Below, one piece after another: positions 27,559-37,243 of a stretch of DNA of 64,000 nucleotides. The stretch covers positions 15,455 to 79,454 of the forward strand of contig JAQVMB010000001.1 in the NCBI GenBank assembly GCA_028703835.1, given 5' to 3'. Under the pieces are notes generated by a model. That model ran no database searches. It had not been told where the DNA came from and saw only the letters and a program-made list of their open reading frames with translations. This DNA comes from Candidatus Peribacteraceae bacterium (GTDB lineage: Bacteria > Patescibacteriota > Gracilibacteria > Peribacterales > Peribacteraceae). The first letter of the stretch is position 1. Each line of letters begins with the position of its first letter. A program made the position numbers and the translations under genes.

Positions 27559-28188
27559 ATGGCTCCGGACGCTTCGACACTTCTCCCGCGGAAACCCGGC
27601 CCCCTCAAGCGGCTGTATCTCTGGGTGCTGCACTGGGCGGAGACGCCCTATGGCACGCCCGCCCTGGCCGTGCTGGCCTTCGCCGAGAGCTCCTTCTTCC
27701 CCATCCCGCCCGACGTCCTGCAGATCGCGCTGTCGGTTTCCAGGCCCAAGCGATCCTTCTTCTATGCGGCGGTCGCCGGCGTGGCGTCGGTGCTCGGCGG
27801 GGTGTTCGGCTGGGTGATCGGGTTCGTGTTCTGGGCGGCGGTGGGCGACTTCTTCATGCGGGTCATCCCCGGCCTGACGCCGGAGAACATGGCGTACGTG
27901 GGCAACCTCTACAACGACAACGCGTTCCTCGCCATCGTCACGGCGGCGTTCACGCCCATCCCGTACAAAGTGTTCACCATCAGCGCGGGCGTCTTTTCCG
28001 TGCCGCTCGGCATCCTCATCGCAGCGTCGGTTGTCGGCCGCTTCGGACGCTTCCTGTTGCTGGGGACGCTGATCTACTTCTTCGGCCCCGGCATCAAGCG
28101 TTTCATCGACCGGTACTTCGAGTGGGTGAGCATCGCGTTCTTCGCGCTGCTGGTCGGGGGGTTCCTGGTCATCAAGTACGTGTTGTAG
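27559..28188 (+). CDS. DedA/YqaA-family membrane protein
   Basis: LAFAESSFFPIPPDVLQIAL plus multiple TM segments. Confidence 0.8.
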   Translation: MAPDASTLLPRKPGPLKRLYLWVLHWAETPYGTPALAVLAFAESSFFPIPPDVLQIALSVSRPKRSFFYAAVAGVASVLGGVFGWVIGFVFWAAVGDFFMRVIPGLTPENMAYVGNLYNDNAFLAIVTAAFTPIPYKVFTISAGVFSVPLGILIAASVVGRFGRFLLLGTLIYFFGPGIKRFIDRYFEWVSIAFFALLVGGFLVIKYVL

Positions 28189-28263
28189 GGATGAACATGT
28201 TGGAAGCGGCGCAAGGACGAGGGATATTCCCATCATTTTCCATTTTCAATTTTCCATTTACAA

Positions 28264-29934
28264 TTGGTATGGATGCAGAAAACCTGCAAACAATGTGCAA
28301 TGGCATTCAGCGTCACCGCTGATGACCTCGCCTTCTACGACAAGGTCTCGCCCGTTTTCAATGGAAAGAAAGAATCCATCCCGCCGCCGCCGTTGTGTCC
28401 GGAGTGCCGCATGCGGTCGCGTCTCACCTTTCGAAACGAACTCAGCCTGTTTCGTCGTCCTTGCAGCAAATGCAAGAAGGAAATGATTTGCATGTTTGCA
28501 TCGGACGCATCGTATTCCGTCTACTGTCACGATTGCTGGTGGAGCGAAGATTTCGATGCCTTGCATTCCGGGAGAGATATTGATTTATCGAGGTCATTCT
28601 TTGCCCAACTGTCAGAACTGATTGCTCTGACGCCTCTTCCGCATCTCGTGATCGGCGATTGTGAGAACAGCGATTTTACCAATTATTCATGGCAGAATCG
28701 AAATTCATATCTTCTTTCAAGCTCCGATTACAACGAGGACTGCTATTTCTCCACGTACCTGTTCCGTTCTGTCTCCTGCACGGACTGCACTTTCGTGAGT
28801 GATTGTGAACTCTGTTACGAATGTGTGGATGTGAAGCAATGCTATCGTTCCTCTTTCCTGCAGAATTGCCAAAATTGCTCGGATTGCCTGCTTTGCTACG
28901 ACTGTCATTCCTGTACGGATTGCATCGGATGCGTCGGGCTGCGCAATAAACATCATTACATTCTCAACAAGCAATACTCGAAGGAGGACTTTGAACGAGA
29001 GAAGGGAACAATGAAACAGGAGCGACTGCAGTCACGTTTCGAGACGTTGAAGATGTCATTTCCCCGCGAGTATGCCGATATTGAACAGTGCGAGGCATCT
29101 TCCGGAGATCATTTGCGTTCATGCAAGAATGCAAGACATTGTTTCGATCTCGTGGAAGCGCAGGACTGTGCATATTGCGCACTCGGGCTCAAGCCAAAGG
29201 ATTGCCAGGATTGTACGGGTGTACCGGGGAGCGAACTCAGTTACCAAGTGGCAGCGTGTCCGGAAAATTATTCTCTGCAATTTTCGGCAGTGATATGGCC
29301 AAAATCCGCATTTCTTCAATACTGTCTGTTTTCGCGGTCATCGAACCGTTGCTTCGGCTGCATTTCACTTCACAAGAATGAATACTGCATCCTCAACAAG
29401 CAGTACACAAAAGAAGAATATGAAAAATTGGTGCCGCAGATCATCGAGAAGATGCGGGGGGACGGAGAGTGGGGCGAGTTCTTCCCCGTGGAACTTTCGC
29501 CGTTTGCCTACAATGAGACGGTGGCGCAGGAATACTTCCCGCTGACGAAGGAGGAAGTGTTGAAGAGGGGATGGAAGTGGAGAGATGAAACGGATGAAAT
29601 GCCGAAAGTCTCGAAAGTCATTCCCGCTTCCCAACTGCCCGATTCCATCGACGATATTCCCGATGATATTCTCAACTGGGCCATCCGGTGCGAAGCAACC
29701 AAGAGGCCGTTCAAGATCATCAAGCAGGAATTGGAGTTCTACCGAAAGATGCGTTTCCCCGTCCCGCATTTCCATCCCGATGAACGGCACAAGCGAAGAA
29801 TGGCGCTCCGCAATCCTCGCAAACTCTGGCAGAGGAAGTGCGCGAAGTGCCGGAAGGGGATCGAGACCACCTATGCACCTGATCGTCCTGAAATTGTTTA
29901 TTGTGAGGAATGCTATCTCAAAGAAGTGTATTAA
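28264..29934 (+). CDS. Cytoplasmic multi-zinc-ribbon, Cys-rich repeat protein of unknown function (paralogue 1)
   Basis: About 42 Cys. N-terminal CKQC...CPEC and CSKC...CHDC pairs. Two internal Cys-repeat blocks, each ending in ILNKQY(S/T)KE(D/E). C-terminal [14 protein letters not shown]...VYCEECYLKEVY. No signal peptide. Confidence 0.7.
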   Translation: MVWMQKTCKQCAMAFSVTADDLAFYDKVSPVFNGKKESIPPPPLCPECRMRSRLTFRNELSLFRRPCSKCKKEMICMFASDASYSVYCHDCWWSEDFDALHSGRDIDLSRSFFAQLSELIALTPLPHLVIGDCENSDFTNYSWQNRNSYLLSSSDYNEDCYFSTYLFRSVSCTDCTFVSDCELCYECVDVKQCYRSSFLQNCQNCSDCLLCYDCHSCTDCIGCVGLRNKHHYILNKQYSKEDFEREKGTMKQERLQSRFETLKMSFPREYADIEQCEASSGDHLRSCKNARHCFDLVEAQDCAYCALGLKPKDCQDCTGVPGSELSYQVAACPENYSLQFSAVIWPKSAFLQYCLFSRSSNRCFGCISLHKNEYCILNKQYTKEEYEKLVPQIIEKMRGDGEWGEFFPVELSPFAYNETVAQEYFPLTKEEVLKRGWKWRDETDEMPKVSKVIPASQLPDSIDDIPDDILNWAIRCEATKRPFKIIKQELEFYRKMRFPVPHFHPDERHKRRMALRNPRKLWQRKCAKCRKGIETTYAPDRPEIVYCEECYLKEVY

Positions 29935-29936
29935 GT

Positions 29937-29960
29937 GTCATCCCGAGCGGAGTCGAGGGA
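29937..29960 (+). repeat. GTCAnnnnGAG...TCGAnnnn hairpin (short copy)
   Basis: GTCA TCCC GAGCGGAG TCGA GGGA. Followed by two further perfect hairpins: GCATGTGCttcaGCACATGC and GCGCGGGTTTAAACCCGCGC. Confidence 0.6.
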
Positions 29961-30139
29961 GACAAAACAGCAAACAGAAACCGTCGCATGTGCTTCAGCA
30001 CATGCAAGCGCGGGTTTAAACCCGCGCAGCGCACCTTGAAAGGCGCGCCACCATCATGTTTGTTGTTTCTGTAACCTTCCCCTCCTTCCGGCGTAGTATG
30101 TGTCGGAAACAACGCTGTTTTCCCCCTTCCGGCTTTTCC

Positions 30140-30718
30140 ATGGAAACCACAGACGAGCACCTGATCATTGAAGCCTGCCAGCAGTCACGGCTGGAGGACT
30201 TCGCCCTCCTCTACGACAAGTACCACGTCCCCATCTACCGGTACGTGTACTACCGCACGTTCGACAAGGAGACCGCGGAAGACCTCACCAGCCAGACCTT
30301 CCTCAAGGCCCTGGAGCGCATCCGCACCTTCGATCCGCAGCGCGGGAACTTCGGCGCCTGGCTGTACCGCATCGCCCGCAACGCCGTCATCGACCACGTC
30401 CGCGCGAAGCGTCCCGTCGAGCGCATGGACGAAGACTGGGACCGTGCCTCCGGCGAGAACGTCGCCGGCGACGTCGCCACCCGCATGGAGTTCCGGCGCA
30501 TCCGCGAAGCCCTCGACGGCCTCGATCCCCTCAAGCGGGACATCGTCCTGCTCCGGCTGTGGGACAACCTCAGCTACAAGGAGATCGCCGCGATCGTCGG
30601 CAAGACCGAAGGCAACTGCAAAGTGATCTTCTCCCGCACGGTCGAAGGGCTCCGCTCCCGCTTCGGGCCGCAGGCTCTCCTCGCCCTGCTTCTGCTGCTT
30701 TCCTCCCTCCACCCATGA
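30140..30718 (+). CDS. ECF-type sigma-70 family RNA polymerase sigma factor
   Basis: Region 2 IYRYVYYRT.DKETAEDLTSQTFLKA. Region 4 LRLWDNLSYKEIAAIVGKTEGNCKVIFSR. Confidence 0.85.
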   Translation: METTDEHLIIEACQQSRLEDFALLYDKYHVPIYRYVYYRTFDKETAEDLTSQTFLKALERIRTFDPQRGNFGAWLYRIARNAVIDHVRAKRPVERMDEDWDRASGENVAGDVATRMEFRRIREALDGLDPLKRDIVLLRLWDNLSYKEIAAIVGKTEGNCKVIFSRTVEGLRSRFGPQALLALLLLLSSLHP

Positions 30719-32202
30719 ATCCCCAGCTCACCTCCATCCTCGACGAGCTCTACAAGATCGATCCGGACCTCCGGAGCCATGAAGCCGAACTCATCCCGCT
30801 CCTCGAACGGCTCCTGCGCCACCGCCCGGACGTGTCGCCCGACCCCGCCTTCGTCTCCGAACTGCGCACGATGCTCCTGCGGGAAGCGGCTGCGATGAAG
30901 GAACGGCCCGCGCGTTCCGTCGCATCGTTCTTCTCCTTCCTCGCCTCGTCGCGCGCGCTGTACGCGGTGACGGGCGCCGTGCTCGGCATCCTCGTCACCG
31001 TACCCGTCGTGACTTCGTTCCTGGGGTCCGACGGCGTGAATATCCCCGCGCCGACGGGCGAGAGAAATTCGTCGCAGAAGGCGCTTGCTCCATTTTTTGC
31101 GCCATCCGTACGTGAGGAGGGCGACCATGCGTTCGGCGACCTCTCCGCGATCCCGCAGGGCGCGGAAGCGACGCTCGGCCGCGGCGGCGGAGGCGGAGAC
31201 GCCGCCACCATGGATGCCCCCGCCGGGATGATCTATCCGCCCGAGGGGATCACGCAGCTCGAGTATGTCTTCGAGGGCGAGCTGCCCGCGTTGCCGGACG
31301 GCACCGTGGACGTTCTTCGGCGCGAGAAGAAGGTGACGGGCCCCTCGCTCTCGTCGGTCATCAACACGTTCGACATCGGCATGGTGAACCTGACGAGCTT
31401 CCAGGGATCCGCCGTCAACCTCCTCACGTTCATGCAGGACCGGCCGTTCGGCTACCTCGTCAGCGTGATGTTCAACGACGGGGAGATCGGCATTTCGCCC
31501 CTCTGGGAACAGTGGCCGCATCCCGAGCAGAACTGCAAGGATGAAGCGTGCTTCCAGCGGTATCGCGTCACACTCGATGATGTCCCGGCTGACGATGTCC
31601 TCATCGGCATCGCGCAGGATTTCGTGACGGCGCACGGCATCGACAGTGCGAAGTACGGGACGCCCGAAGTCGACAAGACCTGGCGCGACGAGTACGCGCG
31701 CGCCGAGGACAAGACCCAGTTCTACATTCCGGAGAGCCAGCGCGTCATTTTCCCGCTCCTCATCGACGGCAAGCCCGTCTACGAGATGGGCGGGAGCAAG
31801 ATGGGCATCAGCGTGGGAGTGAACGTCCGGGAGAAAAAAGTGGCGGACGTGTGGGGCATCAAGAGCCAGACCTACGCGAGCTCCGCGTATGACGCCGTGG
31901 CGGACGCCGCCGCGGTGAAGGAATACCTGGAGAACTTCGAGCGGTATCCGACGGAGCCGCTTGCCGCGCGGGGGCTGGAGGTGAAGAAGCTGACGGTGAA
32001 GCTGGGCGCGCCGGAAAGCGGGTACGCGATGTTCTACAAGCAGGACGGGAACCGCACGGACGAACTCATCATCCCGTCCCTCATCTTCCCGGTGGAGGAG
32101 ATGCCTGAGGGCGTGCCCTACTATTCCCGCCGCACCGTGGCCGTGCCGCTCGCGAAGGACATGCTGGAGCGGGGGCAGGGAGGGCCGGTGTTCAGGCAAT
32201 AA
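30715..32202 (+). CDS. Putative anti-sigma-like single-pass membrane protein
   Basis: ATGA start/stop overlap with the sigma gene. Short cytoplasmic N-terminus, one TM helix (LYAVTGAVLGILVTVPVVTSF) and a large external domain. The function is inferred from position only. Confidence 0.45.
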   Translation: MNPQLTSILDELYKIDPDLRSHEAELIPLLERLLRHRPDVSPDPAFVSELRTMLLREAAAMKERPARSVASFFSFLASSRALYAVTGAVLGILVTVPVVTSFLGSDGVNIPAPTGERNSSQKALAPFFAPSVREEGDHAFGDLSAIPQGAEATLGRGGGGGDAATMDAPAGMIYPPEGITQLEYVFEGELPALPDGTVDVLRREKKVTGPSLSSVINTFDIGMVNLTSFQGSAVNLLTFMQDRPFGYLVSVMFNDGEIGISPLWEQWPHPEQNCKDEACFQRYRVTLDDVPADDVLIGIAQDFVTAHGIDSAKYGTPEVDKTWRDEYARAEDKTQFYIPESQRVIFPLLIDGKPVYEMGGSKMGISVGVNVREKKVADVWGIKSQTYASSAYDAVADAAAVKEYLENFERYPTEPLAARGLEVKKLTVKLGAPESGYAMFYKQDGNRTDELIIPSLIFPVEEMPEGVPYYSRRTVAVPLAKDMLERGQGGPVFRQ

Positions 32203-32230
32203 ATCTTCCATCCTCATCCTCGCTGATTTT

Positions 32231-32347
32231 CCCTCATCCCCCTGTCCCCCTTCCCCCGATGGGGGAAGGGGGAACGAGGATATTGTTGATCGGAGTGCCC
32301 TGTTTGTTGCCCCCTCTCCCGTGGGAGAGGGGTGCGGGGGTGAGGGT
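32231..32347 (+). mobile_element. Miniature cargo-less copy of the DUF559-element ends
   Basis: CCCTCATCCCCCTGTCCCCCTTCCCCCgatGGGGGAAGGGGGAAC ... CCCCTCTCCcgtgGGAGAGGGGTGCGGGGGTGAGGG aligns with both ends of the ribD insert. Confidence 0.6.
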
Positions 32348-32371
32348 AAATAACCAGGAAGGAGGATAGGA

Positions 32372-33643
32372 TCATTTCGCCGCCACCGTCTTCAAGCTCC
32401 GGTAGAGCCACACGGCGACGTCCGCCCTGGTGGCGGGGACTTCGGCGGGGAATTGCGGTTCCAGAATGAGGCCGTTCGCGTAGCCCGCCCGGACATACGG
32501 GGCGAACCAGGTTTCCGCGGCATCGGGGGCATCGGGGGCCAGGCCCGAGGCGAGGACCGCCATCTTCATGGCTTCGGAGCGCAACACCTCTCCCTCCGGC
32601 CGGTAGCGCCCGTCGTCGTACCCGCGGACCCAGCCGAGACGTTTTGCCGCGCAGACGGCGGCACTGAACCACTGTCCGCCGATATCCGGGAAGCATTGTT
32701 CTTCCATGCCAAGTTCATCCTTTCCCAATGACCGCACGAGGAGCGCCGCGAACTCCGCGCGGGTGACGGGTGCGGCGGGGCGGTACGTCCCGTCGGGGTA
32801 TCCCCGGATGATGCCGAGCGCGGCCAGGTTCATGATCGCCGTGTAGCCGTACTTTCCCTCTTCCACGTCCGGAAAGGCGAGAATCGTCCCCGAAGAGGAA
32901 GTCGCGCCCGAGGATGCGGAACCGACCGCCCCGGACGACGAGGGTGCGACGGAAGATGCGCTCATCCGCGCGATGGCATTGCGGCGCACGTCCGCTTCGT
33001 CGCTGCGCTGGGGGATGGTGCACTGGAGCCCGTCGGCGGTGCGCCAGTCCTCGATGCAGGTGTTCTGTCCCGAATAGTACGGATAGCGCCCCAGTTCGTC
33101 GCATTCGTACCCTTCGCCCGCGAGCATGTCGAAGCGGAGGACGTAGAAGGGTCGGCAGCGGATGGCGGCCAATTCTTCCATGCGCTGTCGCATCGCGGGC
33201 GTCTGTTCGTCGTCGGGATAGGAGGAGAAATATTTCCGTTCATCGTTGATCGTCACGAGGCCGAGCCGCCGGTTCATTTCCACGATGCCGCCGTACGGGT
33301 TGCCGTCGCGGTCTTTGCACTGTTTCGGCCCCTTCTGGAAGCCGACGCAGTAGAAGGTGGCGCAGTTGTAGCCCATTTCCTCCACGAGGCCTTCCTTCAT
33401 GACGTAGAAGGGGTAACAGCCGACCGGCTCGTACTTCTTGCGCACGGCCGATTCGATGTCGGTCAGCGAACCGATCTCGTTGAAATAGAGGACGGTCGCA
33501 TCCCCGAAACCGAGCGCGCGCAGGACGGACGCGTCGAAATCATGCGTGTGGAAATCCGTGAACCGCAAGGGGCTTGCGGCGGACGCTTCTCCGCTTGCGC
33601 CCAGGAGGACGACGGAGAGGAAGGAAAGCAGCAGGGTGCGCAT
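32372..33643 (-). CDS. Secreted protein with C-terminal SLH repeats
   Basis: Signal peptide MRTLLLSFLSVVLLGASGEASA. Three SLH-like repeats (GIIRGYPDGTYRPAAPVTRAEFAALL etc.). Confidence 0.7.
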   Translation of the reverse strand: MRTLLLSFLSVVLLGASGEASAASPLRFTDFHTHDFDASVLRALGFGDATVLYFNEIGSLTDIESAVRKKYEPVGCYPFYVMKEGLVEEMGYNCATFYCVGFQKGPKQCKDRDGNPYGGIVEMNRRLGLVTINDERKYFSSYPDDEQTPAMRQRMEELAAIRCRPFYVLRFDMLAGEGYECDELGRYPYYSGQNTCIEDWRTADGLQCTIPQRSDEADVRRNAIARMSASSVAPSSSGAVGSASSGATSSSGTILAFPDVEEGKYGYTAIMNLAALGIIRGYPDGTYRPAAPVTRAEFAALLVRSLGKDELGMEEQCFPDIGGQWFSAAVCAAKRLGWVRGYDDGRYRPEGEVLRSEAMKMAVLASGLAPDAPDAAETWFAPYVRAGYANGLILEPQFPAEVPATRADVAVWLYRSLKTVAAK

Positions 33644-33671
33644 GGGAAAAATGGGGGAGGGGATAGGGGGA

Positions 33672-34595
33672 TCATTGGATGACGGTCAGGTCATTGCCGG
33701 ACGATCCGTTGATCACGGCGTCGACGGCGGAAGAGGCAGTGGCGACGGCATCGGCATCCTGCTCGGCATCGGCGCCTGTCTGCTGCGTCAAGGCAGTGTT
33801 GCCGGAGAGTGCATTCTGATCACTCTGAACGTCCGTTGTTGCATCAATGTCTGCTTCGATGCCGGGAGATGTGACGGAGCCGGAGCCCGTGGAGGGGGTG
33901 CCGTTGCTCTGCTGGATGATGACGCCGCTGTTCGTCGCGTCCGCATCGATGATCTGTCCGCCGTTGGACACGGCCGAGCCGGAGGCGTTCGCGTTCTGGG
34001 TGCATCCGCCCCCTTCGCAATATTGCACGATGTTGATGACGTTGGAGGTGTTGATGGTCTGCTGGGCGTTCACCGTGGTCGTCGCGGTCGTTTCATACCG
34101 GATGTAGTTGCCGTACCACGCGTAGGATTCCGTCGCCTGCGCGATGGGTTCGCCCGCGTAGATGTTCGTGACCCGCAAGGGCGAAACGGATGCGTCGGGT
34201 TCGGCATACACGGGCGGTTGCACGTCCTGTTCGATCCCTTGCGGGAGCGTTGCCGGCACGGACGCGTCTGCGGGAGGAGGAGGCGCATCCAGGTCGGCCG
34301 GATCGGGAAGGTCCAGCGCGCCGGTTCCCGTGCCGCCGATCAGGAGGTCGGTCATGCCGGCCACTTCGGGGACGAAAGACGGCACGGAAGAAGATGCGGG
34401 CAGGGGTGCGACGATGATCGTCACGCCCCACCCCGGCGGGAGAGGCTCCGCCGTCGCAGGGATGCTGAGGTACTGCCAGGGGAACGGGGCGGTCGCCTGC
34501 GCACCCGCCGGAGAAGCGAAGAGGAGGAGCGTCAGCAGGCTGAAGACGGAGAGGAAGGCCGGACGCCGCAGTCGCGGGGAAACCGTCGCATGCAT
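33672..34595 (-). CDS. Secreted hypothetical protein
   Basis: Signal-like RRPAFLSVFSLLTLLLFASPAGAQA. Ser/Thr/Asn/Gly-rich mature part. Confidence 0.5.
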   Translation of the reverse strand: MHATVSPRLRRPAFLSVFSLLTLLLFASPAGAQATAPFPWQYLSIPATAEPLPPGWGVTIIVAPLPASSSVPSFVPEVAGMTDLLIGGTGTGALDLPDPADLDAPPPPADASVPATLPQGIEQDVQPPVYAEPDASVSPLRVTNIYAGEPIAQATESYAWYGNYIRYETTATTTVNAQQTINTSNVINIVQYCEGGGCTQNANASGSAVSNGGQIIDADATNSGVIIQQSNGTPSTGSGSVTSPGIEADIDATTDVQSDQNALSGNTALTQQTGADAEQDADAVATASSAVDAVINGSSGNDLTVIQ

Positions 34596-34726
34596 GGGGA
34601 AAGGGGTGAAGGTGCCAACTGTGACGCATAGCCGCCCGCTCTTCTTACAGCAACAGTGCTTGCCATACGTCAAAAAGTATTCAGAGAAATGCTTTCTTCG
34701 ATGCGGACCGCATTCCCCGGCGTTGA

Positions 34727-36160
<1,434 letters not shown>

Positions 36161-36187
36161 CGCGTCGCCCTCGTGCAATTGTCGTAC

Positions 36188-36207
36188 AGACGCGGCATGC
36201 CGCGTCT
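36188..36207. repeat. 20-nt perfect palindrome AGACGCGGCATGCCGCGTCT (second copy)
   Basis: Same core as 24226-24253. Lies between atpD and atpC. Confidence 0.9.
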
Positions 36208-36223
36208 CTGCACCACCCCATCA

Positions 36224-36649
36224 ATGACCATGTTGCACTTCCAACTCATCACCCCCGACCGCGTCCTCTACGAGGGCGACGCGGATGCCGTGTCGCTGCC
36301 CACGCCGGACGGCGAGATCACGGTCCTGCCGCACCACATTCCCCTGATTTCCATCGTGCGGCCGGGGTCCATTCTCGTGCGGAGCGGGTCGGAAGAGAAA
36401 GTCTTCGCCGTGTCGCGCGGCGTCGTGGAAGTGGACGGGGCATCCTTGCGCGTGCTGGCCGACACGGCGGACCGTGCGGAGGAACTGGAGGAGGCGGCAA
36501 TCGAGAAGGCGAAGAAGGAAGCGGAGAAACTCCTGACCGAGCGTCGGCAGGATGCGACAGGCTTCGCCGAAGCCACGGCGATCCTGGAGAAGGAATTGGC
36601 GCGGTTGCAGACGGTGCGGAGGCATCGGTCGAAGACGAGGAGGCCGTAA
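36224..36649 (+). CDS. atpC: F1 ATP synthase epsilon subunit
   Basis: MTMLHFQLITPDRVLYEGDADAVSLPTPDGEITVLPHHIPLIS. Follows atpD. Confidence 0.85.
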   Translation: MTMLHFQLITPDRVLYEGDADAVSLPTPDGEITVLPHHIPLISIVRPGSILVRSGSEEKVFAVSRGVVEVDGASLRVLADTADRAEELEEAAIEKAKKEAEKLLTERRQDATGFAEATAILEKELARLQTVRRHRSKTRRP

Positions 36650-36653
36650 TTTT

Positions 36654-36787
36654 CCCCCATCCTCCTGTCCTCCTTCCCCCGATGGGGGCAGGAGGGACGA
36701 AGCCGTTCATGTATTGAGCTGTTTCAGTGATTCTGCCTCTCCTCGCAGGGGGAGGGTGCCCCGAGCGCGTCGAAGGGCGGGTGGGGG
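36654..36787 (+). mobile_element. Second miniature copy of the DUF559-element ends (more diverged)
   Basis: CCCCCATCCTCCTGTCCTCCTTCCCCCgatGGGGGCAGGAGGGACGAAG ... CTGCCTCTCCTCGCAGGGGGAGGG...GGGTGGGGG. Confidence 0.5.
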
Positions 36788-36845
36788 AAAACGAGGAGCA
36801 GACAAAGGGGTCTTGGGAACTAAATAATTGAGCTATTATCTCTTC

Positions 36846-37106
36846 ATGTCTCCCGACGCCCCGCCACCCCCGGAGAAAGAAACCAAAGCCGACTGGAAAG
36901 CCGCCTGGCTCGCGCTGCAGCTGGCCTGGGACCTGGGGTGGATCATCGCGCTTCCGGCCGCCGCTTTCGGCTTCGGCGGGGCCTATTTGGACAAATACCT
37001 CGGTACCTCACCGCTTTTCCTCCTCCTGGGCTTCGCCCTAGCCATCACGCTGTCGTATCTGGGTGTCCGGCGGAAGTTGAAGGCAATAATGAAGAAAAGG
37101 TTTTGA
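36846..37106 (+). CDS. AtpZ/AtpI-like small membrane protein
   Basis: Two TM helices (WIIALPAAAFGFGGAYLD; LFLLLGFALAITLSYLG), directly upstream of atpB. Confidence 0.6.
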   Translation: MSPDAPPPPEKETKADWKAAWLALQLAWDLGWIIALPAAAFGFGGAYLDKYLGTSPLFLLLGFALAITLSYLGVRRKLKAIMKKRF

Positions 37107-37107
37107 C

Positions 37108-37195
37108 GGAGGATTCCGAAGAGACCGAGGAATCCGAGGATGTTTTGCTGGTATCCTCGGACTCCTTGGCTTCGTCGGCTTCGTCGGATTCTTCC
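37108..37195. repeat. 9-mer word palindrome between the atpZ-like gene and atpB
   Basis: GGAGGATTCCGAAGAGACCGAGGAATCCGAGGAT-gttttgctggt-ATCCTCGGACTCCTTGGCTTCGTCGGCTTCGTCGGATTCTTCC. Confidence 0.85.
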
Positions 37196-37243
37196 CATAT
37201 TTCCCATTTTCAATTTTCCATTTTCCATTAAAATCCTCCCGCT

